From an uncultured Acidobacteriota bacterium (GTDB lineage: Bacteria > Acidobacteriota > Vicinamibacteria > Vicinamibacterales > CAVVIG01): DNA of 64,000 nt. The stretch lies in NCBI GenBank assembly GCA_963725105.1, contig CAVRXZ010000017.1, forward strand, positions 3,975 to 67,974, written 5' to 3'. The notes under the pieces are model-generated. The model was not told the origin of the DNA. It worked only from the letters and a program-made list of their open reading frames with translations, and ran no database searches. Shown here in pieces: positions 52,201 through 61,538 of the stretch. The position numbers and the translations under genes are program-made. The stretch's first letter is position 1, and every line of letters starts with the position of its first letter.

Positions 52201-55200
52201 ATGTTCGTTGACACATTCACCACACGACCGATTCTTTCGAGCGTGTGCTCGCTCGTCATCATTCTTGCGGGCCTGATCGCGATCCCGACGCTCCCGATCT
52301 CGCAGTTCCCCCAGCTGGTGCCGCCCGCCGTGAATGTCACCGCCATTTACAACGGCGCGAGCGCCCAGACGGTCGAGACCGCGGTCACGACACCAATCGA
52401 GCAGGCGATCAACGGCGTCGAGGGCATGACGTACATGACCTCGTCCAGCGGCAACGACGGCACGTCGAGCGTGACCGTGACGTTCGATGTCGATCGGAAC
52501 CTCGACGTCGCCGCGATCGACGTTCAGAACCGCATCTCGCAGGTCGAGGGCCGGCTGCCGAACGAGGTGAAACAGGTCGGTATTTCCGTGACGAAGGCGA
52601 CGAACAACTTCGTCATGGCCGCCGGCGTGTACGCCGAAGACAAGCAGTACGACCAGCTTTTCCTGAGCAACTACATCGACCGCTTCATCCTGGACGACCT
52701 CAAGCGGATTCCGGGCGTCGGCAACGTCAACATCATCGGCGAGCGCAAGTTCGCGATGCGCCTCTGGCTCGATCCACAGCGTCTGGCAAGCCGCGGGATC
52801 ACCGCCAGTGAAGTCGTCAACGCGCTGCGCGAACAGAACGTGCAGGTTGCCGCCGGGCAGGTGGGGCAGGCGCCGGCACAGACGGGGCAGGCGTTTCAAA
52901 TCAGCGTACGCGCCGAAGGTCGACTGGTCGAGCCATCCGAGTTCGGGGACATCATCCTCAAGAGCTCCGCGGACGGCGCGCTCGTGCGGGTCAAGGACGT
53001 CGGCAGGACCGAGCTGGGCGCTCAGAGTTACACCACCGACCTCCGCTACAACCACCAGGAGGCGGTCGGTTTCGGCGTCCAGCAGCTCTCCACCGCCAAC
53101 CAGCTCCAGGTGTACAACGGCGTGGTCGAAGCCGTGCAGCGGCTGTCGAAACGCTTTCCGCCCGGATTGAAGGCGGAGATCGCGTACAACACGACGACGG
53201 TCGTGTCGCAGTCGATTCAAGAAGTCGTGACGACGCTGCTCGAGGCCATCGGTCTGGTGGTGCTCGTCATGTTCGTCCTGCTCCAGAACTGGCGGACGAC
53301 ACTGATCCCGACGATGACGATTCCGGTGTCGCTGATCGGCACGTTTGCCTTCGTGAAGGTGTTCGGGTTTTCGATCAATACGCTGACGCTGTTCGGCATC
53401 ACGCTCGCCACCGGCCTCGTCGTCGACGACGCGATTGTCGTCATCGAGAATATCGAACGCCACATCCACGAGTACCACTGGTCGCCGATGGAAGCGGCGA
53501 CACGCGCCATGAGTGAAGTGGTCAGCGCCGTGATTGCTACGGCGCTCGTGCTCGCGGCGGTGTTCGTGCCGGTCGCTTTCTTCCCGGGAACGACGGGTCG
53601 CCTCTATCAGCAGTTCGCTTTGACGATCGCGGTTTCGATGGCGATCTCGGCGTTCAATGCGCTGACCTTGACCCCGGCGTTGTCGGCGCTGCTTCTCCAG
53701 AAGAAGACGAGGCAGCCGGGATTCTTCTTCCGAGGGGTCAACTGGGTCATCAACGGCGGTACCGCCTTGATGGTGTCGTCCCTGCGTGCGCTGATTCGCA
53801 TTCGCTGGATCGTCACGCTCGTGTTCGTCGCCCTGCTCGGGGTGACGTACTGGGTGTACACCAAAGTCCCGACAAGCTTCGTGCCCGAAGAGGATTCGGG
53901 CTATCTCATGATCCTGGTGCAGGCGCCGCCGGGCGCGTCGCTCGACTACACCATGAACGCGGTGAAGGAGGTCGAAGCCATTCTCAACAAGTCGCCGGAG
54001 ATCAAGGACACGTTCGGCATCGGCGGATTCAGTTACAGCGGCGCGGCCGCCTCGCCGAACGCCGGCCTCGTCTTCGTGGAGATGAAGGATCTGCAGTGAG
54101 CGCCGCGGAGAGGAGCACTCGGCCAAGGCCCTGCAGGGACGGCTGTTCGGCCAGTTGGGCCAGATTACGGGAGCCACGGCCGTTCCGTTTTTGCCGCCGT
54201 CGATCAATGGCCTTGGGACCTTCGGCGGATTCACGTACGAGCTGCAGGATCAGCTGGGCGGACCAATCGAGGATCTGGCGGCGACCGCGCAGCAGATTGT
54301 CGCGCAAGGCAACGCCACCCCGGGTTTGACGGGCCTCTTCACGCAGTTTTCCGCCAACGATCCGCAGTTCGTCGTCACGCTCGATCGCGACCGCGTGAAG
54401 AGCCTGGGGCTGTCGATCAGCGATGTGACCGACGCGATGCAGGTGCTGATGGGATCTGTATACGTGAACGATTTCGATTTCGAAAGCCGTTCGTACCGGG
54501 TCTACGTGCAAGCTGATCGACAGTTCCGCGCGACACCGGAGGATATCAACCGGTTCCACGTCCGGACGAACAGCGGGCAGATGGTGCCGCTCGGTGACGT
54601 TGTCTCGATTCGAGAGACGACCGCGGCAAAGGCGATCACGCACTTCAACCTGTTTCGCTCGGTGGAAATCAACGGATCGGCGGCTCCGGGCTTCAGCTCG
54701 GGGCAGGCCATCCAGATCATGCAGGAGCTGTCCGACCGTGTGCTGCCACAGGGTATGACCCATTCGTGGTCTGGGCTCTCGCTGGAAGAGATCAAAGCTG
54801 GCCGGCAGACGGTCGTGATCTTCGGCCTCGGCCTGCTGCTCGTGTACCTCACGCTCGCCGGGCTATACGAAAGCCTGACGCTGCCGTTCATCATTCTGCT
54901 GTCGGTGCCCGTCGCGATTCTGGGCGCGCTGCTCGCGCAGTGGGGACGCGGTCTCGACAACAACGTGTACTGTCAGATTGGGATGGTGATGCTCATCGGC
55001 CTCTCGGCGAAGAACGGCATTCTGGTCGTGCAGTTCGCCGAAGAGCTGCGCGGCCGAGGGTTGAGCATTGCCGACGCCGCGGTCGAAGCGGCCCGCATCC
55101 GGCTGCGGCCGATTCTCATGACGTCGCTCGCCTTCATTCTCGGCGTCATGCCGCTCGTGTTCGCCAGCGGCGCCGGCAAGGAAGCGCGTCACTCGGTCGG

Positions 55201-55354
55201 CACCGCCGTTGCGGGCGGCATGATCGCGTCGACGTTTCTGAACCTGGCGTTCATTCCCGTGCTGTTCGTGGTGGTCAAGAGCATCGGGCGACAGCGCCCA
55301 CCGCGCGCGGTTGTCGACCCTCACGTGGCCGTCGACCCTCACCCGATTGAATGA
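52201..55354 (+). CDS. RND efflux permease (AcrB/HAE1 family), one apparent frameshift near 54093-54097
   Basis: ORF 52201-54099 begins MFVDTFTTRPILSSVCSLVIILAGLIAIPTLPISQFPQ and contains ...VVDDAIVVIENIERH.... It ends ...GLVFVEMKDL. A different frame (ORF 54155-55354) then continues SERRGEEHSAKALQGRLFGQLGQITGATAVPFLPPSINGLGTFGGFTYELQD.... Confidence 0.85.
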
Positions 55355-55367
55355 ACCTCGTGTTCCT

Positions 55368-55583
55368 TCAGGCCACTTCGACAGCGAGCGGGAGATCCAC
55401 CGCGGCAACCTGCAGGACCTTTCCCTGCGACACTTCGAGTTGGGCGGTGACTGTCCTCTTGTGATCGCCCTCGACCCTGGGTAGACACCCGCGCGTCAAT
55501 TGCGCAGCCCGAAGCGACGCGAGAACCACGAACTGAAACGCGCCGATACCTGCCGGGCGATGCATCACGATGTCAACCCTCAC
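55368..55583 (-). CDS. rpoZ: RNA polymerase omega subunit-like protein
   Basis: IGAFQFVVLASLRAAQLTRGCLPRVEGDHKRTVTAQLEVSQGKV matches the omega pattern (nrF.lV.lAa.RArQL..G..P.v.....K.tv.AL.Ei..Gkv). The start is GTG 55583 or ATG 55565. It is not next to gmk, which lowers confidence. Confidence 0.5.
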   Translation of the reverse strand: MRVDIVMHRPAGIGAFQFVVLASLRAAQLTRGCLPRVEGDHKRTVTAQLEVSQGKVLQVAAVDLPLAVEVA

Positions 55584-55655
55584 TGGAAGGCTTTGGTGAG
55601 GGCTCGGGCCGGGGCGGCCGAAGAGCTCAGAAAAGCAGAAAATCCAATTATACCG

Positions 55656-55967
55656 CTAGGCAGAGCGAGTGCGTCGGGCGACCTGCAGGGCACGCGCGCC
55701 ACTGACCTGGTCTTCGAACAACTCGAGGGTCACCGCGTCTCCGATGTCCAGATCGTTGAACGCCGTGCCTTCTCTCACGTCGGCACGATGGAAGAACACC
55801 TCGCGCTTGTCCGTGAGGCGAATGTAGCCATGGCCTTGCCCGATGAACAGTTTGGCAATCCGGCCGGTCGCAGGCCTGCCGCGGAGTTCGTGAGCTCCGG
55901 ACATTTTTCCCGAGCGCGGCGCTGGCACTCGCTTGCGCATGACTCCGTAGAAGTATTCGCCACTCAT
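55656..55967 (-). CDS. Cold-shock-domain (OB-fold) protein with N-terminal extension
   Basis: GRIAKLFIGQGHGYIRLTDKREVFFHRADV...LDIGDAVTLELFEDQVSGARALQV fits the CSD pattern. RNP1-like KGFGFI is replaced by QGHGYI, and RNP2-like VFVH by VFFH. Confidence 0.6.
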   Translation of the reverse strand: MSGEYFYGVMRKRVPAPRSGKMSGAHELRGRPATGRIAKLFIGQGHGYIRLTDKREVFFHRADVREGTAFNDLDIGDAVTLELFEDQVSGARALQVARRTRSA

Positions 55968-56018
55968 TGCAGTCGAACATCGGGGCAGGACACAGCCTGC
56001 CCCGACTGACCACGTCGC

Positions 56019-56345
56019 TTACCAGCGCGGCTCAGAGCGTCGACGACGTGAATCGCCGCCGCCGTAGCCGCCGCCGCCGCCACCGCCCGAATACGCCGGC
56101 TTGGGTCGCGCTTCATTGACCGTGAGACCGCGGCCGCCGAGCTGATATTCGTGCAACTCGGAGATGGCTTTCTGGGCTTCTTCGTCCGTGCTCATTTCCA
56201 CGAACGCGAATCCGCGGGCGCGGCCCGTTGCCATATCGCGCATCACCTTCACCGTTTCGACGGTCCCGGCGCGGGCGAAGAGCTCTTGAAGCTCGGTTTC
56301 GCCTGTCTCATATGGCAGATTGCCGACATATAACTTTCGACCCAT
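56019..56345 (-). CDS. RRM-type RNA-binding protein with glycine-rich tail
   Basis: MGRKLYVGNLPYETGETELQELFARAGTVETVKVMRDMATGRARGFAFVEMSTDEEAQKAISELH contains RNP2 (LYVGNL) and RNP1 (RGFAFVEM). The C-terminus is SGGGGGGGYGGG. Confidence 0.9.
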   Translation of the reverse strand: MGRKLYVGNLPYETGETELQELFARAGTVETVKVMRDMATGRARGFAFVEMSTDEEAQKAISELHEYQLGGRGLTVNEARPKPAYSGGGGGGGYGGGDSRRRRSEPRW

Positions 56346-56568
56346 ACACTGACTCCTCTGTGGGCCACATACGATGGTCGGCGCCGCCGATATTCGACGG
56401 CCGCTACCCGAGCATCCTCAACGGGCCCGTCTGGATTTCGTCTCGTAGCTAGCAGAGGTTCAGGAGGAGCGAGTCAGGGGAGGCTCGTTTCGCCCAAAGG
56501 CGGCACAGCACGTGGCAAGATCCGGATAAAAATCATATCACGATTTGGTCCACCAGACTGACGACGGC

Positions 56569-57390
56569 CTAGTTGTCGACAAGCGCCCGATCGGAGACAG
56601 TCGCGTGGAGGCCGGGCACGATATTTGTCACGGCGCAGAGTTGAACGACCACTTCCTCCCCGTTCTTTTGAACCAACAGGAATTCCCCGGAGCACTCGCC
56701 ATTCACCAGAAACCGGGTCCACAGCATCCGAGCGTGGTCCACGGTGTCAGGCGGCGTGAGATCCAGGACGGATCGAGTGAGGAGCTCTGCTTCGGTGTAC
56801 CCCGTCAGGCCGCACGCGGCGGAATTGACCGCGACGCATTTCGCTTCGTCGTTCGTCAGCACGACGCCGGAGAGTGCTGACGCCATCAGGGTCAGCAGTT
56901 GGCTCCCAGGGCTGTCGGGCGACGTACCAGACTGAGACGTGTGAGCGGTGACTTCGTTCCGGAGATCTGCCAGCGTGCGATAGAGCCGACGCTGAGTCAT
57001 GTGGTTCCCAGGCGTCGCCTGAATCATCCGCCGCGCTGCATTGACTACCGCCGACGCAGCCGGCGGTTTCTGGAGCAGCTCTGACACTCCGACAACCTGA
57101 GCGGCAGTGCTCGCCGCCGAATCACCGTTCAGGACCACCATGAGAAATGGGATGTTGGCTGTGGCCGGGTTCGAATGCTTGATGACGCACAGGATCAGAC
57201 CGTCGCGACGTTGCGTGCGCAGTTCGGTAATGATCAAATCCGGCAGTTGACGCGTGAGGAGCGCGACGGCCTCCTCGCCACTGGTGGCCTCGGCGAACCG
57301 GTATTCCGTGGAGGCGAACGCTGTTCGATACCACGCGCGAGTGCGGACGTCCCGATCGAACATCAGCACCAGCGGCGAGGAAGGGCTCAT
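56569..57390 (-). CDS. Receiver (REC)-PAS protein with Glu at the phospho-acceptor position (pseudo-receiver)
   Basis: The REC fold is LVLMFDRDVRTRAWY...ATSGEEAVALL..QLPDLIITELRTQRRDG...IPFLMVV...LLQKP. ITEL sits where canonical receivers have l(l/v)D(l/v). The C-terminal PAS segment is VVLTNDEAKCVAVNSAACGLTGYTEAELLTRSVLDLTPPD...GEFLLVQKNGEEVVVQL. Confidence 0.7.
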   Translation of the reverse strand: MSPSSPLVLMFDRDVRTRAWYRTAFASTEYRFAEATSGEEAVALLTRQLPDLIITELRTQRRDGLILCVIKHSNPATANIPFLMVVLNGDSAASTAAQVVGVSELLQKPPAASAVVNAARRMIQATPGNHMTQRRLYRTLADLRNEVTAHTSQSGTSPDSPGSQLLTLMASALSGVVLTNDEAKCVAVNSAACGLTGYTEAELLTRSVLDLTPPDTVDHARMLWTRFLVNGECSGEFLLVQKNGEEVVVQLCAVTNIVPGLHATVSDRALVDN

Positions 57391-57408
57391 CCAGCCACCA
57401 GTGTTCTT

Positions 57409-58930
57409 CTAGTTGTAAGTGGTAGGAGAGGGGCTCTGAAGGTCCGGCATGAGCCGAGCGGCAAACAAACGCTGACAGGGTTTGGCAATCCACCGTGTCC
57501 ACGTCGCCGCGCGTGTAATGCGGGCGCTGTCGGTGGCTATCCCGGTATTCGCGTACATCTGCCGGTACAACTTCGAGATGAGCACAAACGCGAGACGCGC
57601 CTTCAACGATTCGACGCAGCGCGAGCGGACCCAAACCGCGCGCAAGCTGTAAAAGCGATCCCAGGCAGCCTGCGTTCGCAGGCGGATTTCCTCGGACGTC
57701 ATCACCGGATGGGCGATGTACACGCGCGGTCGACGCCGTTCGGGCATCAACCAGTGACGGGTCAGCGGGATCCCGTTCACACGGGTCGGATCGGCGCGCA
57801 TGCTCTGTTCCCATGCCGCGAAGTCGACGGTTCCGGGGAACGGGGTCAGGAGCACGAACTGGGCGAATGTGAGACCCGCGCGGCTCGCGATCTCGGCCGT
57901 GAGGTCGAACGTCTCGGGGCGATCGCTCGGCAGACCGAAGATGAACGATCCCAGGACGTGGACGCCATTCTCCCGGAATGCGCGCAAGCGTTCGACGAGC
58001 CGGTCTCCACTCGCGTTGAAGTCCTTGAAAACGTCTTTGAGCCCCTCTGAAGTGACGGCTTCCACGCCCACGAGCGCGCCTCGAATCCTGGCGCGACGCA
58101 TCGCGGCGAGGAAGTCCAGGTCTTCGGCCGCTTCCATGGTGATTTGTGTGAAGAACACCATGTCGTCGGGCAACTGCGCGAGCATGTTCATCAGTTCGAA
58201 GCGCTCGGCCCGAAGAGTCTCCAGTTCGTCGAGGCGGCTTCGATCTGATCGGCGTGCGGCCATCTGCAGGTCGTTGAGCGTCACCGGGTAGAAATTGTCG
58301 TCCGCGAGGACGATGAACCGAAATCCCCGGCGCCGCAAGTCGACGACTTCATCGATCACAGTCTGAACGCCGCGCTGTCGCGGCCGTTGGCCATCAGTCC
58401 GCCACACCGAACAGAACGAACAGTGTTTAGGGGACCCGCGCACCGTCTGTACGGACGCCCACATGTAGCGATGGCGTGGCACCAGGGACCATCGCGCCGG
58501 CAGGAACTCCTCCGGCTCGATCTGCCCGGCCTGATAGACACGCTTGGGCTTCCCGTTCCGGCAGTCGGACCAGCACTTCCTGCCAGACCACGTCGCCATC
58601 GCCTTTGACAACGGCGTGGGCGCCGCCCATGTCGTACGCCTCATCTGGATAGAGCGCGGCATGGACACCGCCGAACACCACGAACGCGCCCTGACGACGG
58701 GCCAGCAATCCAAGTTCGTAACCCCTCAGCGCATTGCCCGTATGAATGCCGATACCGACGACGTCCCCGGAATCGATGGTGTCGGGCTGGAGAGGATGCA
58801 GCGTTTCGTCGGTGATGACCGGGTCGCCGTAGATCTGGGGCGTCGCAGCGGCAAGAACGTACAGCCATCGGGGAGTAATGACCCCGATCCCAAAAGACAG
58901 CGAACTCGGGTTGACCAGATGCACCCTCAT
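57409..58930 (-). CDS. B12-binding-domain radical SAM protein, one apparent frameshift near 58570-58574; cluster motif reads SxxxCxxC
   Basis: ATG 58930 gives MRVHLVNPSSLSFGIGVITPRWLYVLAAATP...VVGIGIHTGNALRGYELGLLARRQGAFVVFGGVHAALYPDE...VVKGDGDVVWQEVL (ORF 58427-59212). The sequence continues in ORF 57409-58713 as SDCRNGKPKRVYQAG...ASVQTVRGSPKHCSFCSVWRTDGQ...IVLADDNFY.... Confidence 0.75.
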
Positions 58931-58985
58931 GTGGCGATGTCTCGGCCTGCGTCGCAGGCGATCCGGGTTGACGGTAACTTCAGAT

Positions 58986-59487
58986 TCACTGCGCCTCCCC
59001 GAGCGCGCCGCGCATCTTTCCCGCGGCGAGACGGAGCATCTTGCGAAGCTCCCCGCTCGGCAGACGTGCCAGCGCGGTCTCGACCGCCTGCAGTTGCGGC
59101 CGCGGATCGCCGCCCGCGTCGAGGGCCGCCCCCAACGCCGCAACCTCTGTGCGGACCTGCGCCGCGACACGCTCTCAATCCAGCCACCCGGCATACTTGT
59201 GCAGTGCATCAAACTGGAGCTTCACGCTCAGAGGGTCCAAGAAGTCTCCTCGAAGTCCACCGATGAACTTACGGGTGCTGCCAGGAAATGGAGAGGCGCG
59301 CTCAGTGGACCAGCTCTCGACAGTGTGGTGCTCGGAGAGTGCGTTCCCACTGCAGCGTGTGCCAGAGCTGGATTGCCCGGTGCCAAATGCGACGGTCCTG
59401 GGTCCTTTGATATTGCTCGAGCAACTGCTCAATGGATGTCAGGCGCTCGAATCGGTCGTCGGTCACAACAACCGGACGGATGGACAT
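58986..59487 (-). CDS. Hypothetical protein, apparently broken by two frame changes (about 59320-59340 and about 59170-59180)
   Basis: Three consecutive coding-looking segments with G/C-rich third positions lie in three frames. They are MSIRPVVVTDDRFERLTSIEQLLEQYQRTQDRRIWHRAIQLWHTLQWERTL, then SEHHTVESWSTERASPFPGSTRKFIGGLRGDFLDPLSVKLQFDALHKYAGWLD, then ERVAAQVRTEVAALGAALDAGGDPRPQLQAVETALARLPSGELRKMLRLAAGKMRGALGEAQ*. No family recognised. Confidence 0.3.
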
Positions 59488-59586
59488 CGCCTTGAGGATA
59501 CGTAGAACCGATTTCGAGGGGCTGTTCTGTATTGCACACCCGGCGAAGAGCAGCGTGGAGTCCTCGCCCGCCAGACAGCAGACGAA

Positions 59587-60330
59587 TCACCGTCGAACGG
59601 ACGGTGCTTTCATCAGTCGCGGCTGAGAGGATGGAGACGCGTCGTGCAGAACGACACTCAGAAGGGCGTCGTGAATTTTGAGGTCGCCGTTGTAGTCGAT
59701 GAAGCCGAGCTTCCTGAACTTGTTCATGAAGAAGTTCACCCGCGAGCGAGTGGTTCCCACCATTTCCGCGAGCACTTCCTGGGAAATTCTCGGCAGTACG
59801 CGCTGCGGTCCGAGTGGTTTGCCGAACCGAGCGAGCAGGAGCAGCGTGCGGGCGAGGCGCTTCTCGCTGGCGTTGAACAGCTGATCGACGAGGTCCTCCT
59901 CGAGACGATTGTTGCGCGCGAGCATGTGCGCGATGAAGCGATCCGAGAGCTCGTGCTGGTGGTGGAGCAGGCGGATCATTTGTTTCTTGGGGATGACGCG
60001 GATTCGGCTGGACGTCATCGCGGTGGCCGTCGCAAGTCGCAGCGGCTGGCCGGCCAGGGCCCCCTCGCCAAAGAAGTCACCCGCGCTCAATACGCCGACG
60101 ACCGCCTCTTTGCCCGTTTCCGACAGCACGGACAGCTTCACGTTCCCCGCTTGAACATAGAAGACCGCAACGGACGGGTCGCCCTGCGTATAGATGGTTG
60201 CCGCCGCCGGGTAGTCCAAGACCGTCGCGGCCACACCCGGCGCACTGAGGAAAGCCGTCGCGTCGAACCGGCGCTTCTTGGGTGAGGCCACCTGATGGAT
60301 AAGTATCCTACGAATCGGCACGATCGACAC
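59587..60330 (-). CDS. Crp/Fnr family transcriptional regulator
   Basis: The cNMP-binding domain is IYTQGDPSVAVFYVQAGNVKLSVLSETGKEAVVGVLSAGDFFGEGALAG. The C-terminal HTH is ISQEVLAEMVGTTRSRVNFFMNKFRKLGFI. Confidence 0.9.
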   Translation of the reverse strand: MSIVPIRRILIHQVASPKKRRFDATAFLSAPGVAATVLDYPAAATIYTQGDPSVAVFYVQAGNVKLSVLSETGKEAVVGVLSAGDFFGEGALAGQPLRLATATAMTSSRIRVIPKKQMIRLLHHQHELSDRFIAHMLARNNRLEEDLVDQLFNASEKRLARTLLLLARFGKPLGPQRVLPRISQEVLAEMVGTTRSRVNFFMNKFRKLGFIDYNGDLKIHDALLSVVLHDASPSSQPRLMKAPSVRR

Positions 60331-60526
60331 GCGGACAGGGACCGGATCAGGAGTTCAAGAAATGATCGATTAAGTCCTCTTCGATGCGTGTGTTGCGGGC
60401 CAACTGGTGTGAGACGACGCCCGTCGCGGCAGCCGAACGGCGTGCCTGATGTTCACAACGGCACAGACGCACGAAGACTTCTGTTAGATGATTTGGTGAC
60501 GTAACAAGACATCGAAAGAGGACCGC

Positions 60527-60874
60527 ATGATGGAGTGGATGAGGAGACGACGCCCTTCCCCTGAGCGCGCGCCCGAACCAGACACCGACGGGTCGAAGAC
60601 TCCCCGTTTCGTCATGTCGGGACCGTATCTGTCGCTTTACACGTATTTGGAAAAGAGGTACGCGTCCAGAGTGGTTCTGACGTTCAAAGAGATCGAAGAC
60701 CTTCTAGGCTTTTCGCTGCCGGTCCTGGCTCGCCTCAGCGAAGGGTGGTGGACCGATCCGGATCTGCGCGTGGAGCGAGCCCGTCCTTCGGACTCATGGA
60801 TCATGGCCCACCGAACGGCTCAACCGAATCTGGCGGCCCTCACCGTCGTGTTCGACCGGACGTCCTCGTTCTAA
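60527..60874 (+). CDS. Hypothetical protein with a DUF7662-like motif (LTFKEIEDLLGFSLP...ARLSEGWW)
   Basis: 115-aa ORF. The segment VVLTFKEIEDLLGFSLPVLARLSEGWWTDPD...SWIMAHRTAQPNLAALTVVFDR resembles a small domain I recall from orphan and TA/RM-associated proteins (ltf.eIe.ilG..LP.SAr....WW.N). The assignment is tentative. Confidence 0.45.
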   Translation: MMEWMRRRRPSPERAPEPDTDGSKTPRFVMSGPYLSLYTYLEKRYASRVVLTFKEIEDLLGFSLPVLARLSEGWWTDPDLRVERARPSDSWIMAHRTAQPNLAALTVVFDRTSSF

Positions 60875-60929
60875 TGCGGGCGCCTCGTGGTCACAGGTGC
60901 AGGTCTAGCGCTCGACCGCGACGTGACGA

Positions 60930-61151
60930 TCACTCGTGTCGGGCGCCGCGGAGTACCTCTCCTGCGGTAGGCGGTTGAACCCCGGGCCACAACATCAGAA
61001 CGATAGCGGGGGGAACGAGGCAGAGCGCGAACAGCATGATCCCCGCCCCGACTGTCACGTGGGCGCCAAACCCAATGCCCACGGCGACGATCAGCGCTAC
61101 AACCCCGAACCAAGTTTGGATTAGTCTTGCTCGAGTCATGTTTCTCACCAT
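60930..61151 (-). CDS. Small membrane protein (two predicted TM helices)
   Basis: MVRNMTRARLIQTWFGVVALIVAVGIGFGAHVTVGAGIMLFALCLVPPAIVLMLWPGV.... It has two hydrophobic spans and no recognised family. Confidence 0.4.
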   Translation of the reverse strand: MVRNMTRARLIQTWFGVVALIVAVGIGFGAHVTVGAGIMLFALCLVPPAIVLMLWPGVQPPTAGEVLRGARHE

Positions 61152-61241
61152 GTCCCAGCGTACTCCTGGCCGAATACGGAGGGTGTCCCCGATTGCACAC
61201 CAGGATCTGGCTAGCGCGAATCCACTTACCGTCCGGGGACG

Positions 61242-61460
61242 TTACTTCGGGGCGTCGACCGATCGCGGCTGGGACGCAGGAGTTTCGAGTTCCGCGATCC
61301 GGTCCAGCGCCGCCACCTTGAGCTCGGCCGCATCCTTTGCGATTGATGCCTCTTGCAGGCGTTCCGGTCGCGGGACGCGACGGTCCAGTGCCGCAATCAG
61401 CTCACGCAAGTGGCGAACGATCTGGGGGAGACTTACTGGCATTGGAGCACCTCGCCGCAA
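61242..61460 (-). CDS. Small hypothetical protein, predicted helical/coiled-coil
   Basis: ...MPVSLPQIVRHLRELIAALDRRVPRPERLQEASIAKDAAELKVAALDRIAELE.... It shows a heptad-like hydrophobic pattern. The start is uncertain. Confidence 0.35.
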   Translation of the reverse strand: MRRGAPMPVSLPQIVRHLRELIAALDRRVPRPERLQEASIAKDAAELKVAALDRIAELETPASQPRSVDAPK

Positions 61461-61538
61461 GACTCAGGAAAGCGGAGTGACGCACGAGTATACGCCACTT
61501 GCGGCGCATGAAGAGTCGTAGGGTATAGTGAGGTTCAC

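Noticed and set aside
51043-54234. 1063-aa minus-strand ORF, the longest in the track
   Set aside because: It is antisense to the membrane-fusion and RND permease genes, which have unmistakable family sequence. The product is Arg/Asp/His-rich with no motifs. It is a GC-bias artefact.
56046-56095. GCC/GCCGCC triplet run (also 43681-43700 and 2601-2632)
   Set aside because: These encode the glycine-rich tail of the RRM protein and proline tracts of exported proteins. They are coding low complexity, not independent repeats.
59378-59398. tttggcaccgggcaatcc on the minus strand, resembling a sigma-54 -24 element (TGGCAC)
   Set aside because: There is no TTGC-type -12 element at the correct spacing, and the site lies inside coding-looking sequence of the 58986-59487 gene.
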